Both the position numbers and the translations under genes were made by a program. Shown here in pieces: positions 51,216 through 60,787 of a DNA stretch of 64,000 nucleotides. The notes below the pieces were generated by a model that saw only the letters and a list, made by a program, of their open reading frames with translations, had not been told where the DNA came from and searched no databases. The stretch comes from an uncultured Gammaproteobacteria bacterium (lineage in GTDB: Bacteria; Pseudomonadota; Gammaproteobacteria; Steroidobacterales; Rariloculaceae), in assembly GCA_963810755.1 (NCBI GenBank), contig CAWEOP010000005.1, positions 6,394-70,393 of the forward strand. The letters run 5' to 3'. Numbering within the stretch: position 1 is the first letter of the stretch; each line of letters starts with the position of its first letter.

Positions 51216-52456
51216 CGGCCTCCGCCGCGAAGATCGAGGCTCTGCTCAAGGAAGCGATGGGTCTCCACGCCGCGTCGATCGGCTCCGCGTCGGTCGAGCG
51301 CGCGGTGCGGGTTCGGCTGGCCGCGTGCGGCGCACCGACGATCGACGACTACTGGCACCGGCTCAAAGGCTCGCGCGGCGAGCTGCAGGAGCTGATCGAG
51401 GTCGTCGTGGTCCCGGAGACCTGGTTTTCGCGCGACCGCGAAGCGTTTGCCGAGCTCACGCGCGTCGCTCGCGAGGAATGGCGTCCGAGCCGTCCCGCCG
51501 CGGTGCGCAGGCTCCTGAGCGTACCTTGCTCGACAGGCGAGGAACCGTACTCGATGGCCATGGCCATGCTCGACGCCGACTTCTCGCCCGACCGCTTTCT
51601 GATCGACGCGGTGGACATCAGCGAGCGGTCGCTCGCGCAAGCGCGGCACGGCGTTTACGGCAAGAACTCCTTCCGCGGCTCGGATCTCGCGTTTCGCGAC
51701 CGTTACTTCGAACCCGTCGACGAAGGCCATCGCGTCAACGACATCGTCCGCCGGGCCGTACGCTTCCAGCGCGGCAACGTGCTCGCGGACGATTTCCTCT
51801 CGGGCGTCGAGCCGTACGACGCGATCTTCTGCCGCAATTTGCTCATCTACTTCGACGAGCCGACGCAGGATCGAACGATCGCGACGTTGTGCCGCGTGCT
51901 CGCCGACAAAGGCCTGCTGTTCGTCGGACCGGCGGAGGCGAGCACGCTGCTCGATCACGATCTCACCTCCGCGAAAGTACCGCTGGCATTCGCGTTCCGG
52001 AGAATGCCGCCGCGCGTTGCATCGCAACCGGCGCAAGTGCCGGCGCCGCGCCGTCCCGCGCACTCCGCCGCGGCGAAGGTCGACAAGGGCGCGGCCCAAC
52101 GCAAGACCCAAGCGAGCAAGGCGTCGAAACCCGCGCCAACCGCGACGCCGGAAGCCGCCCCACCGGATCGCATCGAGCAGGCCTTCGCCCTAGCGGACCA
52201 GGGTCGACTCGAGGAAGCCGCCGCGCTCTGCGAGGAGCAGCTGCGCGAGCACGGCCCGTCGGCCTCCGCGTTCTATTTGATGGGGCTCATCTGCAGCGCC
52301 GACGGCCGTTTGTCCGCGGCCGATCGCTGCTACCGCAAAGCCCTCTATCTCGACCAGAACCATCACGATGCCCTCGTGCACCTTGCGCTGCTGCTCGAGC
52401 AGCAGGGCGATGCTCACGGAGCCAAGCTGCTGCGCGGGCGCGCGCAAAAGCTCTAG
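51212..52456 (+). CDS. wspC: CheR methyltransferase with C-terminal TPR, WspC-like
   Basis: VVVPETWF.RD, PCSTGEEPYS, IFCRNLLIYFD, TPR YRKALYL. Confidence 0.9.
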   Translation: MTASAAKIEALLKEAMGLHAASIGSASVERAVRVRLAACGAPTIDDYWHRLKGSRGELQELIEVVVVPETWFSRDREAFAELTRVAREEWRPSRPAAVRRLLSVPCSTGEEPYSMAMAMLDADFSPDRFLIDAVDISERSLAQARHGVYGKNSFRGSDLAFRDRYFEPVDEGHRVNDIVRRAVRFQRGNVLADDFLSGVEPYDAIFCRNLLIYFDEPTQDRTIATLCRVLADKGLLFVGPAEASTLLDHDLTSAKVPLAFAFRRMPPRVASQPAQVPAPRRPAHSAAAKVDKGAAQRKTQASKASKPAPTATPEAAPPDRIEQAFALADQGRLEEAAALCEEQLREHGPSASAFYLMGLICSADGRLSAADRCYRKALYLDQNHHDALVHLALLLEQQGDAHGAKLLRGRAQKL

Positions 52457-52465
52457 GACTCACCG

Positions 52466-53131
52466 ATGCGCGAGGTCATCACGGACTGTTGGAACAAGAT
52501 CGGCGTGCACGGCGACTCGTCGTGCAAAGAGCTCGCGCAGGCGATCCATTGCCGCAACTGCCGTGTCTATTCGAAGGCCGCGGCGAATCTGCTCGACGGC
52601 GATCCGCCTGCCGACTACATCGCCCACTGGACGGAGCAGGCGCGGAGAACCAAGGGTCTAGCCGAGCGCGCCACGGTGTCGGTGCTCATCTTCCGCATCG
52701 GCACGGAGTGGCTTGCTGTGCAGACCACCGCCCTCACGGAGATCGCGAGCCTGCGCGCGATTCACTCGATACCGCACCGACGCAACGGCGTGGTGCTTGG
52801 GCTCACGAACATCCGCGGCGAGCTGCTCGTGTGCGTGTCGCTGCGCGCGATCTTGAACGTCGACTCGGCGACCGACGCGGACGGTGGCAAGTCCCGCAGC
52901 GTCGCGGGACGATTGCTCGTGATGCAGCGCGATGGCGCGCGCGCGGTGTGCCCGGTGGACGAGGTCCACGGGATCGAGCGCTTCTTCCCCCGCGATCTCG
53001 GCACCGTCCCCGCCACCGTCGCCGGCGCAACGGCCAAGTACACGCGCGCGACGTTCACTTGGGCGAAGCACACCGTCGGCCTGCTCGATGAGCAATCGGT
53101 GTTTCGCGCCGTGAACCGGAGCGTCGCGTGA
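52466..53131 (+). CDS. wspD: CheW-like scaffold, WspD-like
   Basis: DCWNKIGVHGDSSC..L...HCRNC, IHSIPHRR, NIRGELL. Confidence 0.9.
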   Translation: MREVITDCWNKIGVHGDSSCKELAQAIHCRNCRVYSKAAANLLDGDPPADYIAHWTEQARRTKGLAERATVSVLIFRIGTEWLAVQTTALTEIASLRAIHSIPHRRNGVVLGLTNIRGELLVCVSLRAILNVDSATDADGGKSRSVAGRLLVMQRDGARAVCPVDEVHGIERFFPRDLGTVPATVAGATAKYTRATFTWAKHTVGLLDEQSVFRAVNRSVA

Positions 53132-55464
53132 GCGGGCAGGATCTCAGCGACCTGTCGATGATGGACTTGTTCCGCCTCGACGCGGACTCGCAGGCGCAGA
53201 CGCTCGACGCGGGTCTGCTCGCGCTCGAGCGCGATGCCGTCGCCGCGGCGCCGCTCGAGGCGTGCATGCGCGCCGCTCATTCGCTCAAGGGCGCGGCTCG
53301 CGTGATCGGCCTCAACGTCGGAGTCGAGGTGGCGCACGCGCTGGAAGACTGCTTCGTCGCGGCGCAGCGCGGCGCGCTCTTGCTCGGGCGCGCGCAGATC
53401 GACGTCCTACTGCAGGGCGCCGACTTGCTGAAGCGCATCGCGCACACGCCGGAGCCGCAGCTCGGCGAGTGGGCCGGCGCCCGAGACTCGAGATCGACGT
53501 ATTCCTCGCCGCGCTGCGCGACACCGTCGCCGCCGCGCGCTTGGCCGGCGCACCGGCGGCTCCCGCCGCGTCGCAAGCCGCCGCATCGCAAGCCTCCGCT
53601 TCACAGGCCGCGTCCGCGACGGCGGCCCAACCCGCCGCGAAGCCGCGTGCGTCCGACGCGCCAGCGGGACCGCCCGTCGCGCCCGGCTTCGAAGACAGCG
53701 AGATCAGCGACCGCGTGCTCCGCGTAACGGCCGAGCATCTGAATCGTCTGCTCGGCCTCGCGGGCGAGTCCCTCGTCGAATCGCGCTGGTTGAAGCCCTT
53801 CTCCGAATCGTTGTTCCGCTTGAAGCGCCTGCAGAATTCCGCCGCCGCCTCGCTCGACACGCTGCGCGAGACGCTCGCGGACGAGATCCTGAGCGAGCCG
53901 GTCGAGGCCGCGCTCGTTGACGTGCGCCAACGCATCGACGCGTGCCACCAGCTGCTCGCGCAGCAGCTCGTCGAGATCGATCTTTTCGACAGCCATTCGA
54001 CGAATCTCGCGCATCGAATGTACGCCTCCGCGCTCGCGTGCCGCATGCGCCCGTTCGCCGACGGCGTGCGCGCCTTCCCGCGAATGGTGCGCGACGTCGG
54101 CCGCACGCTCGGCAAGCAAGTGCAGCTCGAGATCGTCGGCGACACGACACGCAGGTCGACCGCGACATCCTCGAGAAGCTCGACGCGCCGCTCGGCCATC
54201 TGCTGCGCAACGCCGTCGACCACGGCATCGAGCAGCCCGAGGAGCGGCGTCGCGGCCGGCAAGCCCGCCGAAGGCGTCGTTCGCCTCGAGGCGCGCCACA
54301 GCGCCGGACAGCTGCATGATCACCGTCGAGCGACGACGGCCGCGGGATCGACCTCGGAAGCGTGCGCAAGGCCGTCGTAGAGCGCAAGCTCACCAACGAG
54401 GAAACGGCCGCAGCAGCTCAGCGAGCGCGGAGCTCTCGAGTTCCTGTTCCTGCCCGGCTTCACGATGAAGCAGGACGGTCACGGAGATCTCCGGGCGCGG
54501 CGTCGGTCTCGACGTCGTGCAGAGACATGCTGAAGCAAGTCCGCGGCACGATTCGCGTGTCGTCGGAGCTCGGCCGCGGGGCACGCTTTTCAGATGCAGC
54601 TGCCGCTCACGCTCTCGGTCGTGCGCACGCTGCTCGTCGAGATCGGCGGGGAGCCGTACGCGTTCCCGCTCGCCCACATCGTCCGCACGCTGAAGCTGCC
54701 GCAGGAGAGCATCGAGGTGCTCGAAGGACGGCAGCATTTCAAATTCAACGGCCGTTCGATCGGCCTCGTGAGCGCGCAGCAGGTGTTCGGCGGCGGCGAG
54801 CCGAAGCGTCGCGGGCGGCGAGCTCGCCGTGATCGTTCTCGGCGACTCCGTGAACCTCTACGCGCTCGTCACGGACCGGTTCCTCGGCGAGCGCGACCTC
54901 GTCGTCCAGCCGCTCGACCCGCGCCTCGGCAAGATCAAGGACATCGCGGCGGGCTCGCTGATGGAAGACGGCTCACCGGTGCTGATCGTCGACATCGACG
55001 ACATGCTGCGCTCGGTCGAGAAGCTCGTCGCCGAAGGCCGCCTCGACAAAGTGGAGCGCAGCGCCGAGGCCGGCGTGCGCAGCTCGCGCCGAGCGCGTGC
55101 TCGTGGTGGACGACTCGCTCACCGTGCGCGAGCTCGAGCGCAAGCTGCTCGATCAGGCCGGCTACGAGGTCGAGATCGCGGTCGACGGCGTCGACGGCTG
55201 GAACGCCGTGCGCACGGGCAACTTCGATCTCATCGTCACCGACATCGACATGCCGCGCATGGACGGCATCGAGCTCGTGCAGCTGATCAAACGGGACCCG
55301 AAGCTCGGTAAGCTGCCGGTCATGATCGTCTCGTACAAGGATCGCGAGGAAGACCGCCGGCGCGGGCTCGAGGCGGGCGCCGACTACTACCTCACGAAGG
55401 GCAGCTTCCACGACGACACGCTGCAGCAGGCCGTCGCGGATCTGATCGGAAGGCCGCCGCGTGA
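53128..55464 (+). CDS. wspE: CheA-CheY hybrid histidine kinase, WspE-like; several indels
   Basis: Hpt RAAHSLKGAAR, HLLRNAVDHGIE, SGRGVGLDVV, CheW domain, REC LVVDDS...TDIDMPRMDG. Confidence 0.88.
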
Positions 55465-56502
55465 AAATCGGCATCGCCAACGACGTGCCGACGATCGCGG
55501 AATCGCTGCGCCGCATCGTGTCGATTCGCCCCGGCACGCAGGTCGTCTGGGTCGCGCGCGACGGCGCCGAGGCGGTGACCATGTGCGCCAAGGACACGCC
55601 GGACCTGATCCTCATGGATTTGATCATGCCGCGCATGGACGGCGTCGAGGCCACGCGGCAGATCATGGCGAACACGCCGTGCGCGATCCTCGTCGTGACG
55701 TCGAGCGTGGGCACGAACGCGCAGCGCGTGTTCGAGGCGATGGGCCACGGCGCGCTCGACGCGGTCGACACACCGACGCTCGCGCCCGAGAAATCGCGCG
55801 CGCCAGCCGCCGCCCTGCTCGCAACGATCGACCGAATCGCGCAAGGTCATCGCGACGCGCAACGAACGCGCGGCCCCCAAGACCGCGGCGCCTGCGTTGC
55901 GGCCGATGTCGCGCCGCGGCGGACTCGTCGCGATCGGCTCGTCGGCGGGCGGGCCGGCGGCGCTCGCGAAGGTGCTCGGCGGTCTGCCGCGGGACTTTCC
56001 GGCGTCGATCGTGATCGTGCAGCACGTCGACGAGCGGTTCGCGGTCGGCATGGCGGAGTGGTTGAATCAGGTCTCGCCGCTGCCCGTCCGCGTCGCGGGC
56101 GAAGGCGACCTGCCGACGCCCGGCAGCGTGCTGCTCGCGAGCACCCGCGATCATCTCCTGCTCAAGTCCCCCTACGCCCTCGGCTACTCGCCCGATCCGG
56201 CCGACTACGTCTACCGCCCCTCGGTCGACGTCTTCTTCCAGAGCGTTTCGCGCGTTTGGCGCGGCGATGTGGTTGGCGTGCTGCTCACCGGCATGGGACG
56301 CGACGGCGCGACGGGCCTCAAGGCTCTGCGCGACAAGGGCTGGCACACGATCGCGCAGGACCGCGCGAGCAGCGCCGTCTACGGCATGCCGAAGGCGGCC
56401 GCGGAGCTCGATGCCGCGGTCGAGATCCTCGCGCTCGACAGAATCGCGGGGCGGTTGGCCCGCGCGTTTCAGCCCGTGAGCGCCGCGGTGGCAAAGCGAT
56501 GA
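55461..56502 (+). CDS. wspF: CheB methylesterase, WspF-like; one indel
   Basis: REC (KIGIAND, LMDLIMP) plus catalytic GSSAGG, VQH, RPSVD, TGMGRDG. Confidence 0.9.
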
Positions 56503-57527
56503 GCGCGGCTCCGATCGAACCCGCTGCGGCGGTGCCCGGGGCCCCGCCAGCGGGCGTCTACGCGATCCGGGTCCTGCTCGTCGACGATCAGGTGATGATC
56601 GGCGAGGCCGTGCGCCGCGCGCTCGCCAAGGAACCCAATGTCGAATTCCGCTACTGCAACAACCCGAGCGACGCCGTGCACGTGGCCGAGGAGTTCAAGC
56701 CGACGGTGATCCTGCAGGACCTCGTGATGCCGGGCGTGGATGGCCTCACGCTCGTACAACGCTATCGCGCGACGCCTGCGACGCAGAACATTCCGATCGT
56801 GGTGCTGTCGACGAAGGACGAGCCGTCGGTGAAAAGCGAGGCGTTCGCGGTCGGCGCGAGCGACTACTTGATCAAGCTGCCCGACGCCATCGAGCTCATC
56901 GCGCGCGTGCGCCATCACTCGAAGGCGTACATCAATCAGGTGCAACGCGACGAAGCTTACCGTGCGCTGCACGAGAGCCAGCGCAAGCTGCTCGAGATCA
57001 ACCACGAGCTTCAACGGCTCACGAACGTCGACGGTCTCACGGGTCTCTCGAATCGCCGCTACTTCAACGACTACAGCGGGCCGCAGTGGAAGCTCGCGAT
57101 TCGCGAGCAGGCGCCGATCGCGATCCTCATGATCGACGTCGACAACTTCAAGAAGTACAACGACACGTACGGCCACCTCGCCGGCGACGAGGTTTTGAAG
57201 AGCGTCGGAGCCGCCATGCTCCGGAGCTTCGCGCGCCCGACCGACTTGCCCGCCCGCTTCGGGGGCGAGGAATTCGTGGTGCTGCTGCCCGCGACGCCGA
57301 TCGAGTCGCTGCTGACGCTCGGCGATCGCCTCCGCGCGAATGTCGAAGAGCTCAAGATTCCACACTCCGCCTCCGGCGTCTGCGGCCACGTGACAGTGAG
57401 CGTCGGCGGGGCCGCGGCGATTCCGAATCCGGAGGACACGCTGCTCGCGCTCGTCGAGGCGGCGGATCAGGCGCTCTACGAGGCGAAGGCATCGGGCAAG
57501 AATCGCGTCGTGACGCGCGCGAAATAG
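56499..57527 (+). CDS. wspR: REC-GGDEF diguanylate cyclase, WspR-like
   Basis: LLVDDQ, LQDLVMP, inhibitory site RPTD five residues before GGEEF, ADQALYEAK..GKNR. Confidence 0.92.
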   Translation: MSAAPIEPAAAVPGAPPAGVYAIRVLLVDDQVMIGEAVRRALAKEPNVEFRYCNNPSDAVHVAEEFKPTVILQDLVMPGVDGLTLVQRYRATPATQNIPIVVLSTKDEPSVKSEAFAVGASDYLIKLPDAIELIARVRHHSKAYINQVQRDEAYRALHESQRKLLEINHELQRLTNVDGLTGLSNRRYFNDYSGPQWKLAIREQAPIAILMIDVDNFKKYNDTYGHLAGDEVLKSVGAAMLRSFARPTDLPARFGGEEFVVLLPATPIESLLTLGDRLRANVEELKIPHSASGVCGHVTVSVGGAAAIPNPEDTLLALVEAADQALYEAKASGKNRVVTRAK

Positions 57528-57623
57528 GCGGTTCGCGCGGACCGCGACTGTGGTTCGCGGACGGCTTACGTACGCGTAGGCTCCTCGGTACACTTGTGTA
57601 CCTGAAGGGGGAGCTTAGAACCA

Positions 57624-58889
57624 ATGAGAAATCCACTGCTTTCGCGCTGCGTCACCGTGGCCGCGGCGCTCGTTTTGGCGGCCGCCGCGAACGCCCAAGA
57701 CCTCGTCATCACCAACGGCCGGATCCTCGACGGAACCGGCCAAGTGATCGAGCGCGGCAGCGTCGTCGTGCGCGACGGCAAGATCGTCTCGGTCTCCGCC
57801 GGCGCGCCCAGCCGCGAGCGGCGGGCGCACGATCGACGCGGGCGGCAAGACCGTGATGCCGGGATTGATCGACGCGCATCGCCACATCGTTCACGGCGAC
57901 GGTGCGCAGTGGCTCGCGACGCGCGCACCGCAGCAGCTCCAGGAGTTCCTCGACGCGGGCTTCACGACCGTGCTCTCCGCGATCGATCCGCCGCAGGCGA
58001 TCGAGGCGCGCAAGCGAATCAAGCCGGCCAGATGAAGGGACCGCGGCTCTACGTCGGCGCGTTCCTGCCGCTCGCGGGCGCGACCGGCGGCGGCGGCGGC
58101 GGACCGGCGAGATCCGGCGCGCACCGATCCCGCGCGCGGCCCGATGCCCGACGCAGGCCGCTCCCGCGATCCCGCGCGACGCGACGATCAAGGCCGTCGA
58201 AGCCGCCGCCAAGGCGGGCTACGACTATTTGAAGGTCGTGCTGAACACGACGCAGAACGGCCCCGAGGTCGACACGCTGAAGCTGATCGTCGCCGAAGGT
58301 AAGAAGCACAACATGCCGACCATCGTGCACGCGGTGAGCGTGCGCGACACGCTCGCGGCCCTCGAGGCGAAGCCCGATACGCTCGTGCACACGCCGCACA
58401 TCGACAATCTCGGTGACGATGCCGCGGCCGTGAAGAAGATCGTCGACTGCGCAGATCCCGATGACCTCGACGCTCGCCGTGTTCGTGCCGCACTACGGCT
58501 CGGGCACGCAGCCGCTGTTCCGCGACGCGAAGCCGTTCCCGTGGAACACGCTGTCGAGCGCGGGCCAGGGCCCCGTGAACGCGCGGCTCCTATGGGACGC
58601 GGGCATCAGCTACGGCTACGGCACCGACACGCAATGGCCGCCGAAGGAGACGCTCGCCGACGAGCTCCGCGCTCTGTCGCTGGTGTTTTCGCCCGCGGAC
58701 GTCGTGCAGATCATCACGAAGAACGCCGCGATCGCGACGATGCACGGCGCCGAGATCGGCACGCTCGAGCCCGGCAAGCTCGCGGACATCGTGATCGTCG
58801 ACGGCGACCCGCTGCGCGACAGCGACGAGTTGCTGAACGTCGTCACGACGATCAAGGGCGGCCAGGTCGTGTTCGAGGGGCGCAAATGA
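57624..58889 (+). CDS. Secreted amidohydrolase-family protein; frameshifted
   Basis: Signal peptide; MPGLIDAHRH, GFTTV, YLK, VHA, GTD, GTLEPGKLADIVIVDGDPL. Confidence 0.85.
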
Positions 58890-59920
58890 GCATCGCGAAA
58901 ACACTCGTTCATTGCGGTGTCGGCATGCTGCTCGGTGCGGGAGCGCTCGTGGCCACCGCCCAGGAAAGGAGCGGCGCGAACGCCGACGTCAACCAGCAAG
59001 CGACGCTGCCACAGGCGAAGGTCGAGCTGCCGCCGAAGGACTTCGCGACGGCCGAGGAGCACTACAACTTCCTGCTCGAGCGCGCGCACGGCGGCACGAA
59101 GCACACGATGAGCACGATCCCCGTGTGGGACGGCCTCTGGGGCAGCGGCAACAACACGATGCCTGCGATCTTCCTCGAGAACGGCTCGCTCGCGAACGCG
59201 TTGCGTCCGGGCGGAGCGGTGAAGGAAGGCGTGCTGACGCCCGCCTACGAGCAACATTTCCGCGAGCGCCGGGCGGAGATGGAGAAGTACGGCCAGCAGC
59301 GCTACGACCGGCTCACGAACTGCGAATACGCCGGCGTGCCGCGCTGGATCTGGGAACCGTACATCAAAGAGTTCGTCAACATGCCGACGCAGACATGGAT
59401 GATGAACGACTTCATGAACGAGACTCGCCGCATCTATATCAACGGCAAGCACATCAACACCGAGGCCACGCACTTCGCAACGGGCGACAGCATCGGCTTC
59501 TGGGACAAGGACAAGCTCATCATCTGGACGAAGTGGGTCAACCCCGCGGATTACGTGCGCGGCATGCCCCTCACGAGCAACAAATTCGAGATGGTCGAAA
59601 GCTGGGTCCAGCGCAAGGACGCAGACGGTTCGCGCCACCTGATCACGCAAGTGACGTTCTACGATCCCGTCGGCCTCGTGAAGCCGCAGTCCGCCGTGTA
59701 CACGCACGACGCACGCCCGGACCTCGAAGAGGCGGGCGTCCGAATCCGCAACTGGCAGTGCGAATCGAGCAGCAACTCGTACAAGGACAAGGACGGCAAC
59801 ACTCAGTTCTATCTGCCCGGCGATCCCGAGTACAAGGATCCGCGCGGCTCCACCGACTTCCCGGACATCCCGGGCCAGTCGCTGAACCCGATCTTCGACG
59901 GCGAAGAAAGCGCGCAATAG
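58886..59920 (+). CDS. Secreted conserved hypothetical protein
   Basis: ATGA overlap; signal peptide; WDGLW, NCEYAGVPR, RRIYING, GDSIGFWD, WQCE. Confidence 0.75.
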   Translation: MSIAKTLVHCGVGMLLGAGALVATAQERSGANADVNQQATLPQAKVELPPKDFATAEEHYNFLLERAHGGTKHTMSTIPVWDGLWGSGNNTMPAIFLENGSLANALRPGGAVKEGVLTPAYEQHFRERRAEMEKYGQQRYDRLTNCEYAGVPRWIWEPYIKEFVNMPTQTWMMNDFMNETRRIYINGKHINTEATHFATGDSIGFWDKDKLIIWTKWVNPADYVRGMPLTSNKFEMVESWVQRKDADGSRHLITQVTFYDPVGLVKPQSAVYTHDARPDLEEAGVRIRNWQCESSSNSYKDKDGNTQFYLPGDPEYKDPRGSTDFPDIPGQSLNPIFDGEESAQ

Positions 59921-59939
59921 TCAACCGAGGAAAGTCATC

Positions 59940-60419
59940 ATGAGAAAGCAGATCTTCACGGCCGCCACTCTTGCGCTCGCGATCCTCGCGAGCGGCCCCG
60001 CCGCCGCGCATCACTCGTTCGCGATGTTCGACCTGTCGCAGTTCAAGCTCGTCGAGGGACGCGTCACCGAGTGGAACTACAACAACCCGCACAGCTGGCT
60101 GCACATCGAAGGGCTCGACCAGAACGGCGAGCTGAAGACCTGGAGCTTCGAAGGCGCCGCGGTAGTTCACGCAGCGCGTCAGGGCGTCAACGGCACGACG
60201 TTCAAGAAAGGTGAGAAGGTTCGGGTCGTAATGAGCCCGCTACGCGACGGCCGCACGGCCGGCGCGATGTGCTTCGTCGTGAAGGAAGATGGCTCGTTCG
60301 CCAAGCCGAACGACGGCAGCTGCAATTCGGCAAGCGTGATCGAGGAATGGGAAAAGAACGGCTGGCTCGAGAAGGGCAAGCACCTCGACACCCATCCCGC
60401 GCCACCCGTCGTCCGCTGA
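59940..60419 (+). CDS. DUF6152-like secreted protein
   Basis: Signal AAA then HHSFAMFD, G.VTEW...NPHSW, W.FEG. Confidence 0.75.
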   Translation: MRKQIFTAATLALAILASGPAAAHHSFAMFDLSQFKLVEGRVTEWNYNNPHSWLHIEGLDQNGELKTWSFEGAAVVHAARQGVNGTTFKKGEKVRVVMSPLRDGRTAGAMCFVVKEDGSFAKPNDGSCNSASVIEEWEKNGWLEKGKHLDTHPAPPVVR

Positions 60420-60429
60420 CAGCCGCGCG

Positions 60430-60591
60430 ATCACGGAACGCTACCGCCGCGTGAGCTTCGGCCACCTCCAAGTCGAAGTCACCGTCGACGACCCGAAGGC
60501 TTACACGAAGCCGTGGACCGTGACGCTCGACGAGCTGCTCATGCCCGACACGGAGCTGCTCGACTACCACTGCACGGACTTCGCCGAGTAG
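60430..60591 (+). pseudogene. Start-less C-terminal gene remnant
   Basis: Reads ITERYRRVSFGHLQVEVTVDDPKAYTKPWTVTLDELLMPDTELLDYHCTDFAE-stop with host codon usage and no N-terminal part. Confidence 0.6.
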
Positions 60592-60593
60592 CC

Positions 60594-60629
60594 AAAAAAA
60601 AGCGTTGACGACCTGTCGATCGTCAACGC
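60594..60629 (-). terminator. Second (distal) terminator after the TBDR
   Basis: GCGTTGACGA/TCGTCAACGC stem followed by T8 on the minus strand. Confidence 0.75.
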
Positions 60630-60700
60630 CCTAGTTTCAGGCTGGGGGCAGCTCAGAAGCCGATGCCGCTGTCCCCGTGATCTCCCTCCCCTACTGACCG

Positions 60701-60735
60701 AAAAAGAGCGTTGGCGATTGCTCGCCAACGCTCTT
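60701..60735 (-). terminator. First terminator after the TBDR
   Basis: GAGCGTTGGCGA/TCGCCAACGCTC stem followed by T5 on the minus strand. Confidence 0.8.
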
Positions 60736-60787
60736 GTGAAGATCCGGCGGGGTTATGCGAGTGCACCCTGCCGGCGCGCCGTTGCGC

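Noticed and set aside
49523-52456. 977-aa ORF suggesting a CheW-CheR (WspB-WspC) fusion
   Set aside because: A single indel near 51175 explains it; the natural wspB stop overlaps the wspC GTG at 51212-51215, and the N-terminal part is an off-frame read of wspA.
53560-53625. Short imperfect 15-bp repeats in wspE (ASQAA-like)
   Set aside because: Low-complexity Ala/Ser linker after the Hpt domain, common in CheA proteins; no spacers, so not CRISPR-like.
55461-57527. 688-aa ORF suggesting a REC-REC-GGDEF (WspF-WspR) fusion
   Set aside because: The CheB catalytic domain is in another frame (55897-56502) and ends in an ATGA overlap with wspR; frameshift artefact.
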